This document shows, piece by piece, positions 50,304 through 63,299 of a stretch of 64,000 nt of DNA. Source of the stretch: Raillietiella orientalis (lineage: Eukaryota). The stretch's first letter is position 1. Each line of letters opens with the position of its first letter. A program made the position numbers and the translations under genes. The stretch is from contig JAYWIR010000099.1 of NCBI GenBank assembly GCA_036172245.1, forward strand, positions 62,001-126,000, given 5' to 3'. The notes beneath the pieces were generated by a model. That model saw only the letters and a list, made by a program, of their open reading frames with translations. It made no database searches and was not told where the DNA came from.

Positions 50304-53300
50304 TTCCAATGATCGAGGATTTGCATACTATTGAAAGTACGCGCGAAAGCTCCGGCAGTGCAAAAGCAATATGGTCGAAAGTCAACAGGCGCACATTTCG
50401 ATTTTACTGCTTACTACGTCTTGGGCTCGAGTGGTTGCCAAGCAGTTTCTCGACTGACTGCGGTGTCGTCATGAACGGAGCTCCGGAGACTCCCTGGGCC
50501 CCGGCCTCTTGGCTGAGATCGAAAGTGCACGGCCACCGAGGACGCGCGGCCTGGCAGAATGTCCACAGAGTCCACGGGATCCACTCGAAGCCATTATTCC
50601 TAGATCATGGAGACGATAACTCATACCGGTCGAGAGTGAGCCTTCCCAACAGGAAATTACCCCAAGATGGATTTCCGAATGCATTGGTCTCGTCCCGTAC
50701 GATACTCGAACTCTCGAGAGATTCTCTGCAAGATCGGATGTGGCACACGGAGCACCACATTTTCCTCGCTCATTCCCAATTCTCGGAAGGTGTCCTTCCC
50801 ACGCGAGTTGGGTATTTTTTCTTGTCAGGCGTTCCCTCCGTGAATTTCCTCTGACGCAAACCTCCAGTAATTCTCAACGAATCGGAACCAGCCAGGTTCG
50901 ATCCCCAGCCCAGGATTTCAGGAAGGAGCTTTTCCTGGAGACCCACAAAACGAGAAAGGCAGGGAGATCCGGACGGGGATTTCCACTAGGTGCCTGCGGG
51001 GCTGACGCGTCCGGGGTGGGCGTGGAACGGGTCGGCGCGCTTCCCATTCTCCAGGGATCCACGACGAGTCCAGGATTATGCCCGGATAGAAGGTCTCTTC
51101 GGCCTCGGGCAGAATCGTTTTCGTCCAGCAGAATCGCCCGGCGCGCTCGCGTCCGGGACGGGCGCGGTGGTTGGGAACGCGCGCGTGTCTGAAATTCGAG
51201 TCCGTTTTGCACTCCTCTCGATGGGTCCCCCCCCCCCCCGTCTTCTGCACGAGTGAGCGAGATGCCTGCCGAGTTGCGGACGCAGGGCACAATCCGGAAT
51301 CCGATCTGCCTGGAGGGGTTCCCGGACCCCTTCGCCTCCAGGGTGGATCTCCACGGGGTACGCGGTGGGTGAGCCCGCCGCGCCCGTGCCGAGCGCGAAA
51401 CAGCGTGGGTTCGGGCTGAGCGGCCGTCCACATCCTCTGTTGAGTTGCTCGGATACCGGAATCATCTGCAGTTGCGTATCGATTTCCTCTCGGCGAGCTG
51501 TGGCCCCCGATCACCCGCCTTCCCGCCAGGAAATGCCAGCAGTGAAATTCCAGGTGCGTCCACGAGGGCACGAGACACCCCTTCCCTTGCCTGTCGTCCG
51601 TGGATTGCATTGCATCTGGTGGAAATAAGAGGCGTTCCAGAGATGATGCTGCCAAAGTGACGTCAATGCGCAGAGGCCGGCACGGGAAGACGGCCGCGCA
51701 TCCATCTCTGGAGATTAAATAAATATTACCAGCTGCAGGTATTTCAATTTCCCTAGTCTATCGTAACTGCTGGAGTGCGATTTGTACACCCTCTCGGAAG
51801 GAGGACAAGAAGAGAAGGAGGACGGACGTGGTGGTGGGATCGAATGATGTGATAATGTGCGTGAGATCGACACAACGGAAACACAAAGCGCAAAGGCAAC
51901 TGGACCAATAAGCACAGCAGGAAAGAACGGAAAAGTTAGGTCAGTTGACGTTTATTTAAAGATTCCAAACGGAATCGCCTAATGAAGGAGCACCCTTCCT
52001 ATATGTGCGCTGTGGCAAACGGTGTGATTTCAATTGCACGCCGGTCCATTTCGATCCTTCCATCCCGGAATTAAATGTCGCATCCCGGCGATGGCATCCG
52101 CGACGCTGCGATCCCTCGTCCAAACATGCGTGGATGCTGTCGACGCCCAAGTGCCGTATTTCTTCCGAAGTTTGATTCCCGTAGGGAATTTTTCAATCAG
52201 CGATCCTCCGAAAATTCGTTCCTTTGGATGCTTTGCAGCTCAGCGCTGCGTGCGGAAACGAATGAGCAAAAAGGAAAGAAGAAAAATCCGCAGGACCGCT
52301 TGTGTGTTCCGTGCCCCTATTCCTCCTATTTATGCACGTGATTTCCGACATCACACGGGGAAGGAATGCTGTTGTGGCTTTTTCTGTCCGGTTGCTGCCC
52401 GAGGGAGACGGTGCGTTCTTCCGGCGGTCCGTAGTCGACGCACGATTTCATCAAAATCATCATCTTCCGTCGAAGGATTTTCACGCACAAGTCATGCTAA
52501 CCTCGAGGAAGTCATCAACAGGAATTGCGAGTCAGGACAACGGCAAGTCAAACGAAGACGGGGTGGGAAAGGGAAAAAAAAAAGGAGCACTTGAAGAGAG
52601 GTTTCCCTCGTAGAGCCTCCACGAGCAGGCAGGGGCGTGTGTGACGCTCAGAATGCATCCGAGCCTCATAGGAGACGGTGGCGCACATCTCCGTGCACGC
52701 CTCCACGACGAGACTTTTATCTCCCATCCCGAGCCCGCGGCTTCCTCGGGGGGTGACGGGAGCGCGTTCTCATCTCAAATGAGTCGTAAGAAGGGGAATC
52801 ACGGGCGCTAATTGCGCGCACCGGTTACGCTTGACGGGAGCGATGATGATGATGCCATCTTCATGGAGTGGACGCATACAAACGGCAGTGGACGGAGCGA
52901 ATAGTGCGTTCGAAATCCACGAAAGTTTTATGAGCTTGAGTGTTCCCGGAACAAGTTTCGCTCTTCGGGAGGAGCAAACTGGTCATCGCATCTGCTTCAC
53001 AGCATCATCGCAACGAACGCTCGGGTGCCCTTATTGCCCTGCTTCCTTCGAACCTCCAGTTCCGGTGCGGAATTTTTCAATCAGGAACCTCTCCTCCTGA
53101 TGCTCCCTTTGATGCTGGGTACCCGGTACTGCGCGCAAATCAAATAAGCGGAACATTTGCACAGCGCCCCTATTTATATTTATTCACATGTTTACTGCAT
53201 CTTCGGGATGCGGGCGTTCTATATGGATATTGCCTAATTGTCCGCCCCACCTTACTCTGGACTGCTTGGTAATTCTGAACCTGATTTAGCGCGGTCATCT

Positions 53301-53389
53301 ATCCAATCCATCTCTTTAATCAGGAAATCGGTAGATTTCTGCTCGTTTTTGATAGCTGGCACGTCGAGATCCTCTCAGTGGCAAGAACG

Positions 53390-53572
53390 GGAATGGGGAG
53401 AAATTGCTCTTTGCCTTCCCGAAACTTCTCCGAACAGCGACCATGGACAGGAATGCTACAGTCGTGAGTGTTTGCATCTCGGCAGCGGTCCGTGGTCTCC
53501 CAGTTCCTTCGGAAAGGAGAGTCGCTGTTCGGAGAAGTTTCGGGAAAGCGAAGAGCAGTTTCCCCCCATTCC
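53390..53572. repeat. 52-bp inverted repeat with 79-bp spacer (MITE-like)
   Basis: 53390-53441 matches the reverse complement of 53521-53572 at 48/52, and the inner 26 bp are perfect. Confidence 0.9.
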
Positions 53573-56500
53573 ATTCACCGAATACAGTTGACGCAACCAG
53601 CAGGGCCGCTGCGTACGACCGTACCTTACAAGTGTGAAATTTCCTGACGACTCGCGCCCGGGTGCTTTTGCACGTCGCTGACTGGAACAAAAGCACTGGT
53701 ACGGCCGGGTAGATCCCAACAGCAAGAGAGCCGTCGGAGCCACTGATCTTTTCCCTTTAAAGGAAATCATGCAAAGTCTCAATTCATCTCAGCGCAAGGA
53801 GGAAGAGGAAGCGTCTTCGCGGGAAGATTCCGGAATTTCAAGCCAGTTGCTCCTTGCGGAGGAAAGGAATTACGCCGGATCCACAGAGGAATCTATGCTT
53901 CCGTGAGCTCTTAGCAAGATGAAATGAGCAATACGCTGCTTCTGGCAATTTAGATCGTCCTTGCTCAACGCAAAAGGAAGTGCATGCACGGAATTGGGTT
54001 TTGGTAGAACTTCACGGAAAAGCGCGTGGGTTCAAAAAGCGTAGGAAGGCCACATTCTCTCACTGCTCTTTCGTGATGAAGAAGCCATGATGGATGTGGA
54101 CTTTGAGAACGCCGGCGTCCGTGGTTGCTCGTTTGAATTTGCGAGTCCGGTGAGCACGCGACACGTGTCCTCGAGGTCGGGTGGTCCTGCCGACGGGTGC
54201 CACTTCCCGCTTCCGGATCCTCGTTCTGTGCAAAGGCAGGCATTTGAACTTCCCTCGTGCTCGCGATGCTCTTTCGGTTTTCCTCAGAAACTTCAGGATT
54301 CACCGCATCGGGTAATTCGATTTCGGTCTCCTTTGTTCGCCGAAAGTACCTGCGAACTCTCTAAGCCGAAATGCAACTCTCTGCCAAGAGCGCTTCTGCC
54401 GGTCGCCACAGACTTTCCAAGTGTAAACACGTTGACGCTTCTTGCAAACAAAAACCAGGTCTGCAATAACCGAAAAGTTGAAACGGCTGGAGTGAAGAAG
54501 CTCCATCTTCAACGCGGCTGAGGAATTGCCATGTCCCCAATGCTCTTTCTCACGATTCCAACGTGAAATTGACCGTTTTCGTTCTTTGTTAGGGATCACA
54601 ATGAGGCAGTTCCCATTCAAGAAGTCCAGGATAACCAAGGATGACGTCATCTTGCTGTTCAACAAGATGCTTCGTTCGAAAGACATGGAGTCCCTCCAAG
54701 AAAAGGACATAGATCTATCGCAAAGGAACTCTTTGCAAGTAGGTTCTCTCTCTTAATGTCCTCAGCAACACCAAAACCGTCCGAATGCACTGCAACACTT
54801 GTGTGCACGTTAGCACGTTTGCCAGCGTGGTCGCCTTCTGAACTTGACAAATGGGGGGTTCGAACTCGGGGGTTTGGGATGCAACCTGGGCCTCTTCGTA
54901 CAGCTACCCTCACTCCCAAATGGAAAATGAATTCAGCTCACGGTTGCAATCGCCGATTCAGAGCAGCAGCACACTTTTCGAATTCTGCATTCGAAAAGAG
55001 CACGGTATCCCTGATTAAGTGTCCTTTTTTTTTTTTTTTTTTAATGGACGATGGAATTCGAGAATTCAGGGGGATTGAAGAATCAGCAAAGCAAGAAAAC
55101 AAACTCACACTTTTTTCTGTTCTTCCCTTCTTTCTTTCCTTACATTTGCAGCCGCGGCGGGATCAAGCGGATAAGAATCTGTTTGCCCGCTGCGGAATAT
55201 CTGAGAAAGGAAAGGGGCAGTCCGCTGCCTCGCCGTGGTTCTTCCGTATCCGTCGCGCCTCTCCGTGTGTCGCTAGCCTACGTCTCCGCCGCCATTTCCC
55301 GCAACGAGCAGTGTGACCACATTCCTCTCTGGCCACTTCCGCCCGACGCCGCTTTCTTGAATTCAGCAGTCCAGATGCATGAAATATCCACGGAGCTGCG
55401 GAATATGAAAAACTGAATCGATCAATTAGCCGTCCCATCGCAGCATTTCATCATTTCTTCTTTTTTTTTCCAGCGTACTCACAATCCAATGTGTTCCTTT
55501 TTTTTATGATTCCGGAGATTCATATTGAGCACTGTGCCGGGAAAGTGCTTAGAAAAGCAGATACGTAGGAATTCTTGTTTTGGATTCCATAGGAGCCATT
55601 CGCAGACCCGTTAGTTGGGGAATGCTCACATCAGTAACTGGAGCAATTTTTTTTTTTTTTTTTTTTCTTACTGCCTTCAGTAACGGATATCACATGAAGA
55701 AAAAACTGAAATGGAATTTCACTAGAACGATCGTGTAAAAGCTGGTGGTATTGAAAAAAATGCAATTTTTTTTTCCGTTTGCCTTGTTTGCATATGTGCC
55801 ACCGCGTCGATGAACTTTTTTCATTACCATTTTAGGAATTCTTGGTTTTCTCCAAAGTTTTTCCTTTGAAACAGGAAAAATAAATGCAAATTGTTTGATC
55901 CGGATTCTGGATGCACCGTCAAAACGGAGTCAGGGATAAGAAAAATTATCTGAAGAATTTTCAATTATCACTAGTTCATTCTTCAAAAAACTCTGAAGAG
56001 GGGAGGGAAGGGGAACACTGTTTTCCAACTCTGTGAAATCTGAGACAAGAAGCTCCCAGTGAATTGAAACTTGGGCGGTACCTCTAATTCTTCTGAAAGG
56101 TTTCAGTCTAAAGATGTGCGACGCCAACGGACTCAGTTAGCCATGTAAATTCAGTAAGGAAGGCATTTTGAAGTGGTGTCTGAACTAACTGATTTTATTA
56201 CTTCCGTTTTTCTGGTGCTCATACCTCTGCAGCAAGGCGGAAATAGTTTCTTTCCACCCGAGTCCCCCGTTAGATTGGAACGAAACTTTGCGTGGACCAG
56301 AAAAAACTAATGACTCTCGCCATACTTTTTTTTCCCAAAAGCGATGACACGCACAAACACATCCGATAGTCGCGACCACCTCAGGGAAATGGGCAGACAG
56401 TGCCATCCGAGCGATACCGATGTCCAACTTTCGAGTCGGCACTTTCCGTCGGCTCATTTTCGATACGACTTCTGACAGATGGCTTTTGGAAACTCTCCTC

Positions 56501-57349
56501 CATTGCCCGTGGGCATCCCATTTCTTCTCTGTTCATTTGCGTTGGGGAAACCAACGCAAATGCTTTTCCGTTCGTGTTCCAGAAGTTTCCATTCTGGCTT
56601 TCTTGCTAAAAAATTGTAACCGATTTTCACAACACGGCATTGGAAAAAGAGAATGATTCTACGGTGTGTGTTCCTATGAATGATGGCTCTTTAACACTCT
56701 CTATCGTATCTGGACTTCGCGGATGTTGAAAGTTTTCCATCATCAAGGAGGAAGCCATGATGCATTCCTTACCTGATATCTCTTAAATTCCTCAAGGTGC
56801 GAAGCGGGAAAAGTGTGCTCCACACCCTGGCCCGGCGTATCATAAGCGTGACCGCAAGTATTTTATGACAACGAAAGTGAACGGCCATTGCTTAGCTTCC
56901 GAAATGTTTCCGACTTTCCGCAAGTGATGTACAGAAATCTGTGCAGACGCTCGCGAGGTGCGACATCCCGTAGTCAGCCCGGATCCAGCGAGGGCAGAAT
57001 GTGTTTCAGTGGCTGCACAAAGGCTAGATCTCTGGCGGAAGACTGAGAAAATTAATGGGCAAAGCTGCGTGGGGGAGGCCATGCATTCTTTTGTTCCTCG
57101 CTGCAGCCAACGAAAAGATCCGTGGGTGCCGCTTCCTCGTCGTCTTCGCCGTGGGGTCCTCCTCGGTTACTTGGAGGACGATTAGCTCTTTGGGAGTCTC
57201 GCATTGCAGTTTTCGGAACATCAGGTCCACACTGAGAAGATTCGGTCACGGTGGCATCGCATGCATTTGTCGGTGACCTTGGCATCGGTGCCGCTGTCAC
57301 GTTATTTCAACTTCTACGCGTCTTGCATTCAAACGAAAAATCACACACA

Positions 57350-57650
57350 GATATATATATATATATGTATTTGTGATCTTGTTTTTTATCTATATAAACA
57401 GATCGATAGTTTGTTTTATATGTATATAACTATCTATTCATACGTAGTATTATTTATCTATCTGTCTATATCCATATCTATCGCTATCCACATCTATTTC
57501 TAAGCATCTCTGTCTGTCTATATCCAAGTTCATCTAGATCTATCTAGATGTATTTCCAGTTCTATACCTACCAATCTTTATCCATATATGTATAGATAGA
57601 TAGATATGTATGTATGTACCTATCTATGAATAGGTAGATACGTAGATAAG
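57350..57650. repeat. Degenerate (TA)n/(TATC)n microsatellite
   Basis: Direct inspection. Confidence 0.9.
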
Positions 57651-58859
57651 ATTTCCTGCCTTCCTGGTCAATCGGCTTTGCTCCAATGAATCGTCAGGTC
57701 ACTGATGTTTCAATGAAATGGCAGTGCGGATCTCCAAGCTGTACGTTACGAAAACCCACTTGGATGTATAAGGAAGAAAGTCGTTTGGTGCATTCAGTTC
57801 GCTACTGGTGCTTCTCCAGCATCCCATCGCCACTGCCTGCTTCTGCTTCCCACACTATTCGATATGTGGCTGCTTTCAAAATGGAGATTCTTCAAAGATC
57901 GTGATGATGCGATCGCCGGCATGCGATTTTTCGTTTCCTCGACGTCGAAAATTTCAACTAACCAGAAAAGCTGCAGAGCCGAGGAGAGGTTCGAACTCAC
58001 AAGCATGCCATCTTTGTCTTCAGTGCTTGAATGATTACTTTTGCATCATTTCGTAGCATCACTACTGATTTCATTTTACCGCCCACGTGACTGGAACTCT
58101 GTGGCCTGGAAAACAAGGAGTGGTTCTGCTAGTTCCACGTTGCAACCAGTTCATGGTGCACTGGAGTGACAAGTTCCACCTTGACGCTGGTCCATTTGCA
58201 TAAGGGAAGTTCCTTCCCTCATTCCCGAAGTTGCTTTGGAAGCTCGAAAGGAGGTGCTCGCGTCTTAGCACTTCGTGGAACCGAAAATCACAATGCGCGC
58301 CGCTGCTCTTTGCACCATGGAAACTCCGAAATGAAGTCTCCAAGTATCGTCAGGATGTTAAGCAAACTAAAGTAGTCTCAGGGAAGCACGAAGACACATG
58401 CATGGTGTGTGTCTTCGTGTAATAATAAAAGAATACAAACACAGGAAACAGAATTCGTGATGACTGAGGCGGCCGAACTGGTTGCAAACTCACAAAAGGT
58501 GAAAGCCGTGTGGGTGGAGACGCCTCTGCAGGTGCCGTTTTCCTCTTTTCTCCTCTCTCTTCCCATGTCATATAATGATGCTCCGTTTGATACACACCGC
58601 AGCAACGTCGAAGAGGAGGAGAGGCTCTCAAACCAAAACAAATACCGAGATCTGCTTCCTCACAAAATCAACTTTGTCGTTCTACTTCGGTTGGATACCG
58701 CTCGAGGATCGCGCAAACTGGCGCGTTGCTGAGGAGAAAGGAAGATAGAGTTGACAAGTGACAGATAAACAAGGCGCCTCATGCAAAATGCAGTTGGTAC
58801 AGCGATAAAGGGGCTGCGCCAACATCTAGCAAGAAATGCGCCATCGAAGAGGCCCTCAT

Positions 58860-59580
58860 TGGCGGCCATGTGGGACTGCGGTCTCCTCGCTTGGTACCGC
58901 GCGTTGCAGGGTCGAATCTCACACAGGAAAGGGTAGACGCGAGAAATGGTAGCGCCGTGGGTTTTCAGCTCCCCTTGCAAGATAACGCTTGTTGACCTAT
59001 TCGAGTGCGGCACTGGTGGGAAGCCGGAAACCGGGGTCCTTTCAGGAATCAAGGAGACTTTCAGAGCTCCCCTCCGGTTGTGAAAATGGAGCCGTTACCA
59101 TAGAGCGCCTCCATCGCGCACCGTGGAGCTGGTTGATTGCTACCTCCCCAGAGTTCAAGAAACTCTCTGCTCCCTTTGGAGAGCGCTCTTCAGAGAAATT
59201 TGGAAGCTCCCTTCGGGGTTCCCTTCAGAGAAGCGAACAAGGAGCGGATCCTTTCCGGGTTCCCTTCGGAAAAGAAACGAAGATTGGCTCCCTCCGGAGT
59301 GCTTCCAGGGTGCCGCATCTCATCCCTCCGGTAGTCCTTCCGGAGAGAATGAGGAAGAGGTTCTCTTAGGGGTTCCCTTCCCAAGTTCAAGAAGAAAAGA
59401 CTCCTTCCTCCGGAGTTTTCCTGGGTTTACAGGGTAGTCCCTACGGGGTTTACCCTCCGTAACTTGAAGAATGACACGCAACCTTGGGCAGTGTGAACAC
59501 CCGAGTGTTAAAGAGCTAAGGAGAGGAGTGGTTATTCAGTGCTCCCTGAAAACCAAAAGAAAGAAAACGAAGAAGAGAAA
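58860..59580 (+). repeat. Dispersed repeat B copy, near complete, with empty family A target site
   Basis: Head, uninterrupted tgcggcactggtgggaagccgg, CENGAVTIERLHRAPWSWLI block (compare 29020-29085 minus), tail and A-rich stretch. Confidence 0.85.
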
Positions 59581-60524
59581 GCGAAGCTGCAAAGAAAACA
59601 TCGGAAACAGAATAGCGCAGTAGAATTTTCATCGGCCTGAGCCAATAGTGACTTTGGTTCCATTTTTTCAACCATGAACCACAATGTTGTTCAGTCAAGA
59701 CCTCCGGTAAACGATCAGTCCGCATCCGAATCTCTGACACGACTGAATCCATCGACTGCGTGAGCAGTGGAACGATCCCACATGGTAACGAATATCCGGA
59801 GGATGACTAATTCGGAAGGAAGGGGATGAAAGCGGCTTGGAGACAGCTTTGAGCAAGTGCCTTAGACAGCCTTCAGAAAATGCTGCCAGAGTTTTCGCGC
59901 CCGAAGTGTTCCTGCCTCAGTTCCCGTATCTTGGCCACATGTAGTCGCTTTGCAAGGGCTAAGAAACCGTCCAGATGATTCATCATTCCATAACTAATGA
60001 CAGAAGAAAGAATGGATGGAGAAGACACAAAAACTGAGCCCCGGATCGATTGAAGCATGAGAAGCTCTAGTATGTTGCAGGTGCATCTGCTGGAAACCTG
60101 GAGCGAATGGGTTTGCATCTCGAACGGACTCGTTTCCCCTAGAGAAAGAACCATGCAGCAAACTTCATCCCAGGCTTGACTTCTGAACCCTGAAAACGGG
60201 TAACCAGTAAAAAGGGACGAACAGAGCAAGTAGATTTGTGCCAGTAGATTAAGAAGTGGTGTGTTGGTAAAAGTTTACAGGAGCAATTAATGGAACCTGA
60301 CGCCCTTATTTTGTTTCACGACAAATAAGGTGACAAATAAGTGTTCAGTTGAATCATCTTGAATGTAAGTAGCTTTCGAGCTGAGAATTCAAAGTGCTTC
60401 TTGTGTGGTTCATCACAGAGCTGCACACTGTGAAGATCGTTTCACGCCAGCAACGTGAGCTGGGAATGGCAGCCATTTTGGCGTTTTCTCGATCCTTCGA
60501 AACTTTTCCCCCTAGTTACGAAAA

Positions 60525-60670
60525 ACTGCATTGTTGCGTCTATATTTAGAAGCGGTCGTTTCCCCCAGGTTGAAGTACCGCATTGTTGCGTCCATATTTA
60601 GAAGCGACCGTTTCCCACGGGTTGAAGGACAGCATTGTTGAGTCTATATTTAGAAGCGATCCCATTCCAC
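60525..60670. repeat. Minisatellite, 52-bp unit x ~2.8
   Basis: acngcattgttgcgtctatatttagaagcg...gttgaag units start at 60525, 60577 and 60629. Confidence 0.95.
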
Positions 60671-61410
60671 TGCACGAACTTACCGAGCAAGTTGAGCATT
60701 ACCTCAGTCCCATGATCAGAACATGAACGACCCGCACGACCATCCATCCATCGCACTTCTTTCCATGTTACTTCTGTTCATCCAGAGTGCATTGAGTTGT
60801 GCACTTGAGATGGGAGGAGGGGGGACTTCAGTCCTGGACACTGCACAATGCAGAAGCCCCCCGTGTAACGCTCAATCGTGGTGACGCGAAGAAAGGATGG
60901 CGGCCGTCTTCGCGTGGCTACGAATCAGCCCTGCACGACTCTTTTGTGGCAGCTCTGTTGTCAGCAGATTTCATCTCACCCCACTTGAATCTTCTTGTCT
61001 TAAATAGAAGGTGCATTTTTAACCACGTGAGAGGTAGAAATGAGTTGGGAATCGTTTAAACTGATTACTTCTTTTAATTGAGTGATTTTACTTTTTATTC
61101 TAACGTAAAGCGGTAAACATTTTACTGATATAACGTTGAAGGCAGTTTTTCATAACTTATACTTAATTATGCATGCATAACCCACAGGAATCGTATACGC
61201 GTATTATACATGTATAACAACACACAGGACTCGTACAACGTGGAACGCAGTTGCCACGTCAACCGGGAGCCAAGAGTGGGGGAAAAAAAAAGAGCAAAAA
61301 TTCCGTTCCCACCATTTAGACAACTTTCACTGCTGCGAAAGCATGACTCCTGATCACCTGCTGTACTTTCGAGGTTTTTTCTTTTTGTAAAATTTCGGAA
61401 CCACTGACGT

Positions 61411-61900
61411 TGCAGGGAGCGTGGAAGAGCCTGATGTAGGAGATGCATCGCGAGGGAATTGCATGTGCACCGATGCTGTTCCTCTTCCTGTACGAGGGGT
61501 CACCCCGGATCCCGAAAGATGAATTCTTGCAGGTGCCTCCATGAGGACAAAGACAAAACGACCTCCAGACGTGTGGTGCACGCCAGTGTCTTGCAATCTT
61601 CCTGGTTTGGCACTTCCCTCGACCACCTCGGTACTTACTTGGCAACCTTCTGACATCCCAGTTGTCTCAGGGAAGCAACTGAATTCGAAGAGGGCGTGCA
61701 CTTTGGCCCTTGGTTTGGGCAAGCTTGCCAACACAGTCCCGGCTATTCTTTTGCAACAGTCTCAACGAGAGTTGCGGTCCATTTCCCGTCATTCATCAAG
61801 GTCGTCGTCCTTCCTTGCTCTTCATTTCCCAACTCATTCTTACGTGGTGTTTTCTTCGTTCTTCCGAAATTCAAAGTCGCTTCGAGGAGCTGGTGGTCTT
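61411..61900 (+). pseudogene. Possible ionotropic receptor (iGluR/IR-like) pseudogene remnant
   Basis: After an acceptor-like tgcag: GAWKSLM*EMHREGIACAP, PDVW, AILLQQSQ...SSR, LFISQLILT, FEELV. This follows S1-M1-M2-M3-S2 order, with frameshifts. Confidence 0.35.
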
Positions 61901-63299
61901 CTGCCTTTTACCGGATTAAGAAAGCACTCCACCTACGAAGGAGCGGAACCAGTGCAGAATGCTTTTCATCAAGATGGCACCCTTCAGCAAGGTGGTGAAT
62001 TCCATAAAAGGATGCTGGGAAGGATTGTACATGGAACGAAAGGAGTAGCTTCCACGCATATATGCTTGACAAACAACTGTTTTTCTTTTTATTGTTTCTT
62101 GATTGAAGGATTCCTCTCATTCTCGATAGGAAACTGTCCGAATGAGCTGATAGACGTTTGCTACATAAAAAGTTGTTGAAGCGTGTAACAAGGTGCAGCA
62201 CGAGTCGTTTCTGTTCGTTGAAGATCGTCCCTGAAAGATATTTTCACCTACCATCGTGAATCCGTTTGAAGAAAAACACACAGACACAGGAAAGTCGCTT
62301 TTCAAGGACAGAAATGAGGAATCGAATGTTCCCGAATGGAGTTTTCGTGCGAGGTTATTCGAGGTAATGCTTCGCTCTTTCCGTTAATCGCAGTTCCTAA
62401 ACGACATCTGCACCTGATTGAGGATGGACGAAATGTTTGAATCCATTTCAATCACGTGTTTGCATTCGGCAGCATGGTTCCATCAAGCCATCATTGGGTA
62501 ATTGGGTGATTACCTCGCAACGCTTCAAGGATCAATTAGTGAAGCTTTCCTTCTTACATTCAAGTGAGATGGGAAGCCTTTTGCTGCAAAGAAGGCATCC
62601 TGAAACAAGTCGACGCTTTCCTAATCATGATACGAGATCACGTGATCTCGGAAAAATCAATGGAGCAATGATTACTGGGGAGGACGGATTGGTGAATTTT
62701 TAAGCGCAATTACTGAGCACAATCCCCGGATCGGACAGGCAATCCAGAACCATCAACCATCAGAGTTCCCATCTTTCGTGCACGTCTCGAGAAAATTCCG
62801 CCGCAAGAGGAGTGGGTGTTTCTGTGCTGGAAGGCTGGAAGGTCTTTTGAGAGTCATGGCAATCATCCCGCTGCAAGCTTCCCGTTCAGAGTCCCGGAAG
62901 TCGTCCCTGAAAGCACTGGCTTCTTGAGCTCGAGTCTTTTTCGGAGTAGGATGCCAGCGGGAACATTGCTGGACTTTGTCAGCTTGCTGAAGAAACATCT
63001 CTGACGGCGGCCTTCATCCAGATGGTTTCGACGCGACTCCCTTCTGATCTTCCTCCTCCTCCCCCTTCCCCGGTTTCTCACACATCCCGGTGTTGTTCTA
63101 GACTGTGGATCGCATTCCTCCCCGGTCACTCCTTTGGCACCAACCAACCGAGGCTGCGCTAGAAATCTCGGCCACGATGGGCTCTCCGCTTTGCCCTCAA
63201 GCGTTGGCTTTTCCCTCATTGCATCCTACCGGTCATTCCTGGTATTTCACCCGTAAGACCTGATTTTGTTCCTCATGGCTTCAAGAATTTCGACCGCAC

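Larger units (their letters stand above)
47240..50850 (-). mobile_element. Second, more decayed RLE-type retrotransposon, interrupted by family A
   Basis: Motifs in order on the minus strand: TNAFG, GAQG, LLTFDHIAF (RT), KQRLYHPER...DSCFQLLQPDPAVRNLA (thumb/linker), LHALPCR...QCRTCP, IDFGFSSE...KERKYWSLA (RLE). Confidence 0.7.

Noticed and set aside
60525..60670. CRISPR array
   Set aside because: The entire 52-bp unit is repeated with no unique spacers, so it is a minisatellite.
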